Assembly (NCBI GenBank): GCA_963697285.1
Contig: CAVONI010000012.1
Span: 383,548-447,547, forward strand
Origin: an uncultured Acidobacteriota bacterium
GTDB lineage: Bacteria; Acidobacteriota; Vicinamibacteria; Vicinamibacterales; JAFNAJ01
Reading direction: 5' to 3'
Length of the DNA stretch: 64,000 nucleotides
Part shown: positions 63,862-64,000 of the stretch, piece after piece
Layout: the number at the start of each line of letters is the position of its first letter
Position numbering within the stretch: position 1 is the first letter of the stretch
Translations under genes and position numbers: made by a program
The notes under the pieces: generated by a model
Told to the model about the DNA's origin: nothing
Database searches by the model: none
Seen by the model: the letters and a program-made list of their open reading frames with translations, nothing else

Positions 63862-64000
63862 TCAGACCGCCTCGACGCGCGGCCTGACCTCGCGGTTGAT
63901 GAAATCGACGATGTCCTGCATGGGCGTTCCGGGCAGGAACACCCCCTTGACGCCCATCGCCTTGAGCTTGGGGATGTCCACCTCGGGGATGATGCCCCCG
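63862..64000 (-). CDS. Methylmalonyl-CoA mutase B12-binding domain/subunit, C-terminal fragment (gene starts beyond the window end)
   Basis: The translation [38 protein letters not shown]... matches the conserved end of cobalamin-binding mutase domains. The stop is at 63862-63864. Confidence 0.6.
   Translation of the reverse strand, partial: GGIIPEVDIPKLKAMGVKGVFLPGTPMQDIVDFINREVRPRVEAV

Noticed and set aside
1-64000. A search for CRISPR arrays, tRNA/rRNA genes, integrases, transposases, phage genes, toxin-antitoxin pairs or known defence-system signatures.
   Set aside because: No spaced direct-repeat arrays were seen, and no cloverleaf-capable or rRNA-like conserved stretches appear in the few intergenic gaps. 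No nuclease, helicase, integrase or transposase-like ORFs were found. All gaps over 100 nt are explained by promoters, terminators or the repeat elements reported.

Overview
The window is visibly GC-rich DNA from a diderm bacterium, and almost all of it is housekeeping sequence. Gene content (futalosine-route menaquinone genes, lpxI, hspR-controlled dnaK, a DUF6600/FecR protein) suggests an Acidobacteriota- or Gemmatimonadota-like lineage; that placement is inference only, since no database search was possible. All family calls come from reading motifs in the supplied translations and the DNA.

Layout:
- **1-29456 (minus strand):** one long gene train. It runs hfq', miaA, tonB-like, ubiE, ubiX, UbiA-type prenyltransferase, amidohydrolase, mqnC-like, mqnA, a Cys-less mqnC/E paralog, Gfo/Idh/MocA oxidoreductase, lpxI, fused fabZ-lpxA, skp/ompH, bamA, clpC, lolD, lolC/E, lysS, nusB, ribH, crotonase, a small membrane-protein cluster, pfkB kinase, mtnP, methylmalonyl-CoA epimerase, meaB and an acyl-CoA dehydrogenase.
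- **29684-36524 (plus strand):** tetR, an efflux adaptor, and an RND pump whose ORF runs without a stop into a TolC-like module.
- **36573-42847 (minus strand):** a small OM beta-barrel, two paralogous secreted proteins of unknown function, a DnaC/DnaI-like ATPase, hspR, dnaJ and dnaK, with a HAIR operator and promoter upstream of dnaK.
- **43095-64000 (both strands):** FecR/DUF6600 protein, PBP1A, prfB (with the classical programmed +1 frameshift), lnt, a SPOR protein, a TPR protein, mobA, argS, an amidotransferase, an RNA methyltransferase, a hypothetical protein, birA, a degenerate nadC-like gene, valS, a response regulator and the tail of a B12-binding methylmalonyl-CoA mutase subunit.

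Many gene junctions are ATGA/GTGA stop-start overlaps. I found no rRNA, tRNA, CRISPR array, transposase, phage genes or recognisable defence system.

Most notable observations:
1. The RND permease and the outer-membrane factor form a single ORF, joined by an internal signal-peptide-like segment.
2. An uncharacterised operon encodes two paralogous secreted proteins and an OM barrel.
3. A radical-SAM MqnC/E paralog lacks the CxxxCxxC cluster motif.
4. fabZ and lpxA are fused in frame.
5. A NadC homolog has most of its catalytic residues replaced.
6. Three conserved genes (bamA, the UbiA-type prenyltransferase, mqnA) each carry an apparent single-nucleotide frame disruption. lnt also lacks a canonical start. 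Together these point to either assembly indels or real gene decay.
7. Several structured intergenic elements are present: a REP-like hairpin family, a G10 tract, a 9-nt x4 repeat and a 13-bp perfect inverted repeat.
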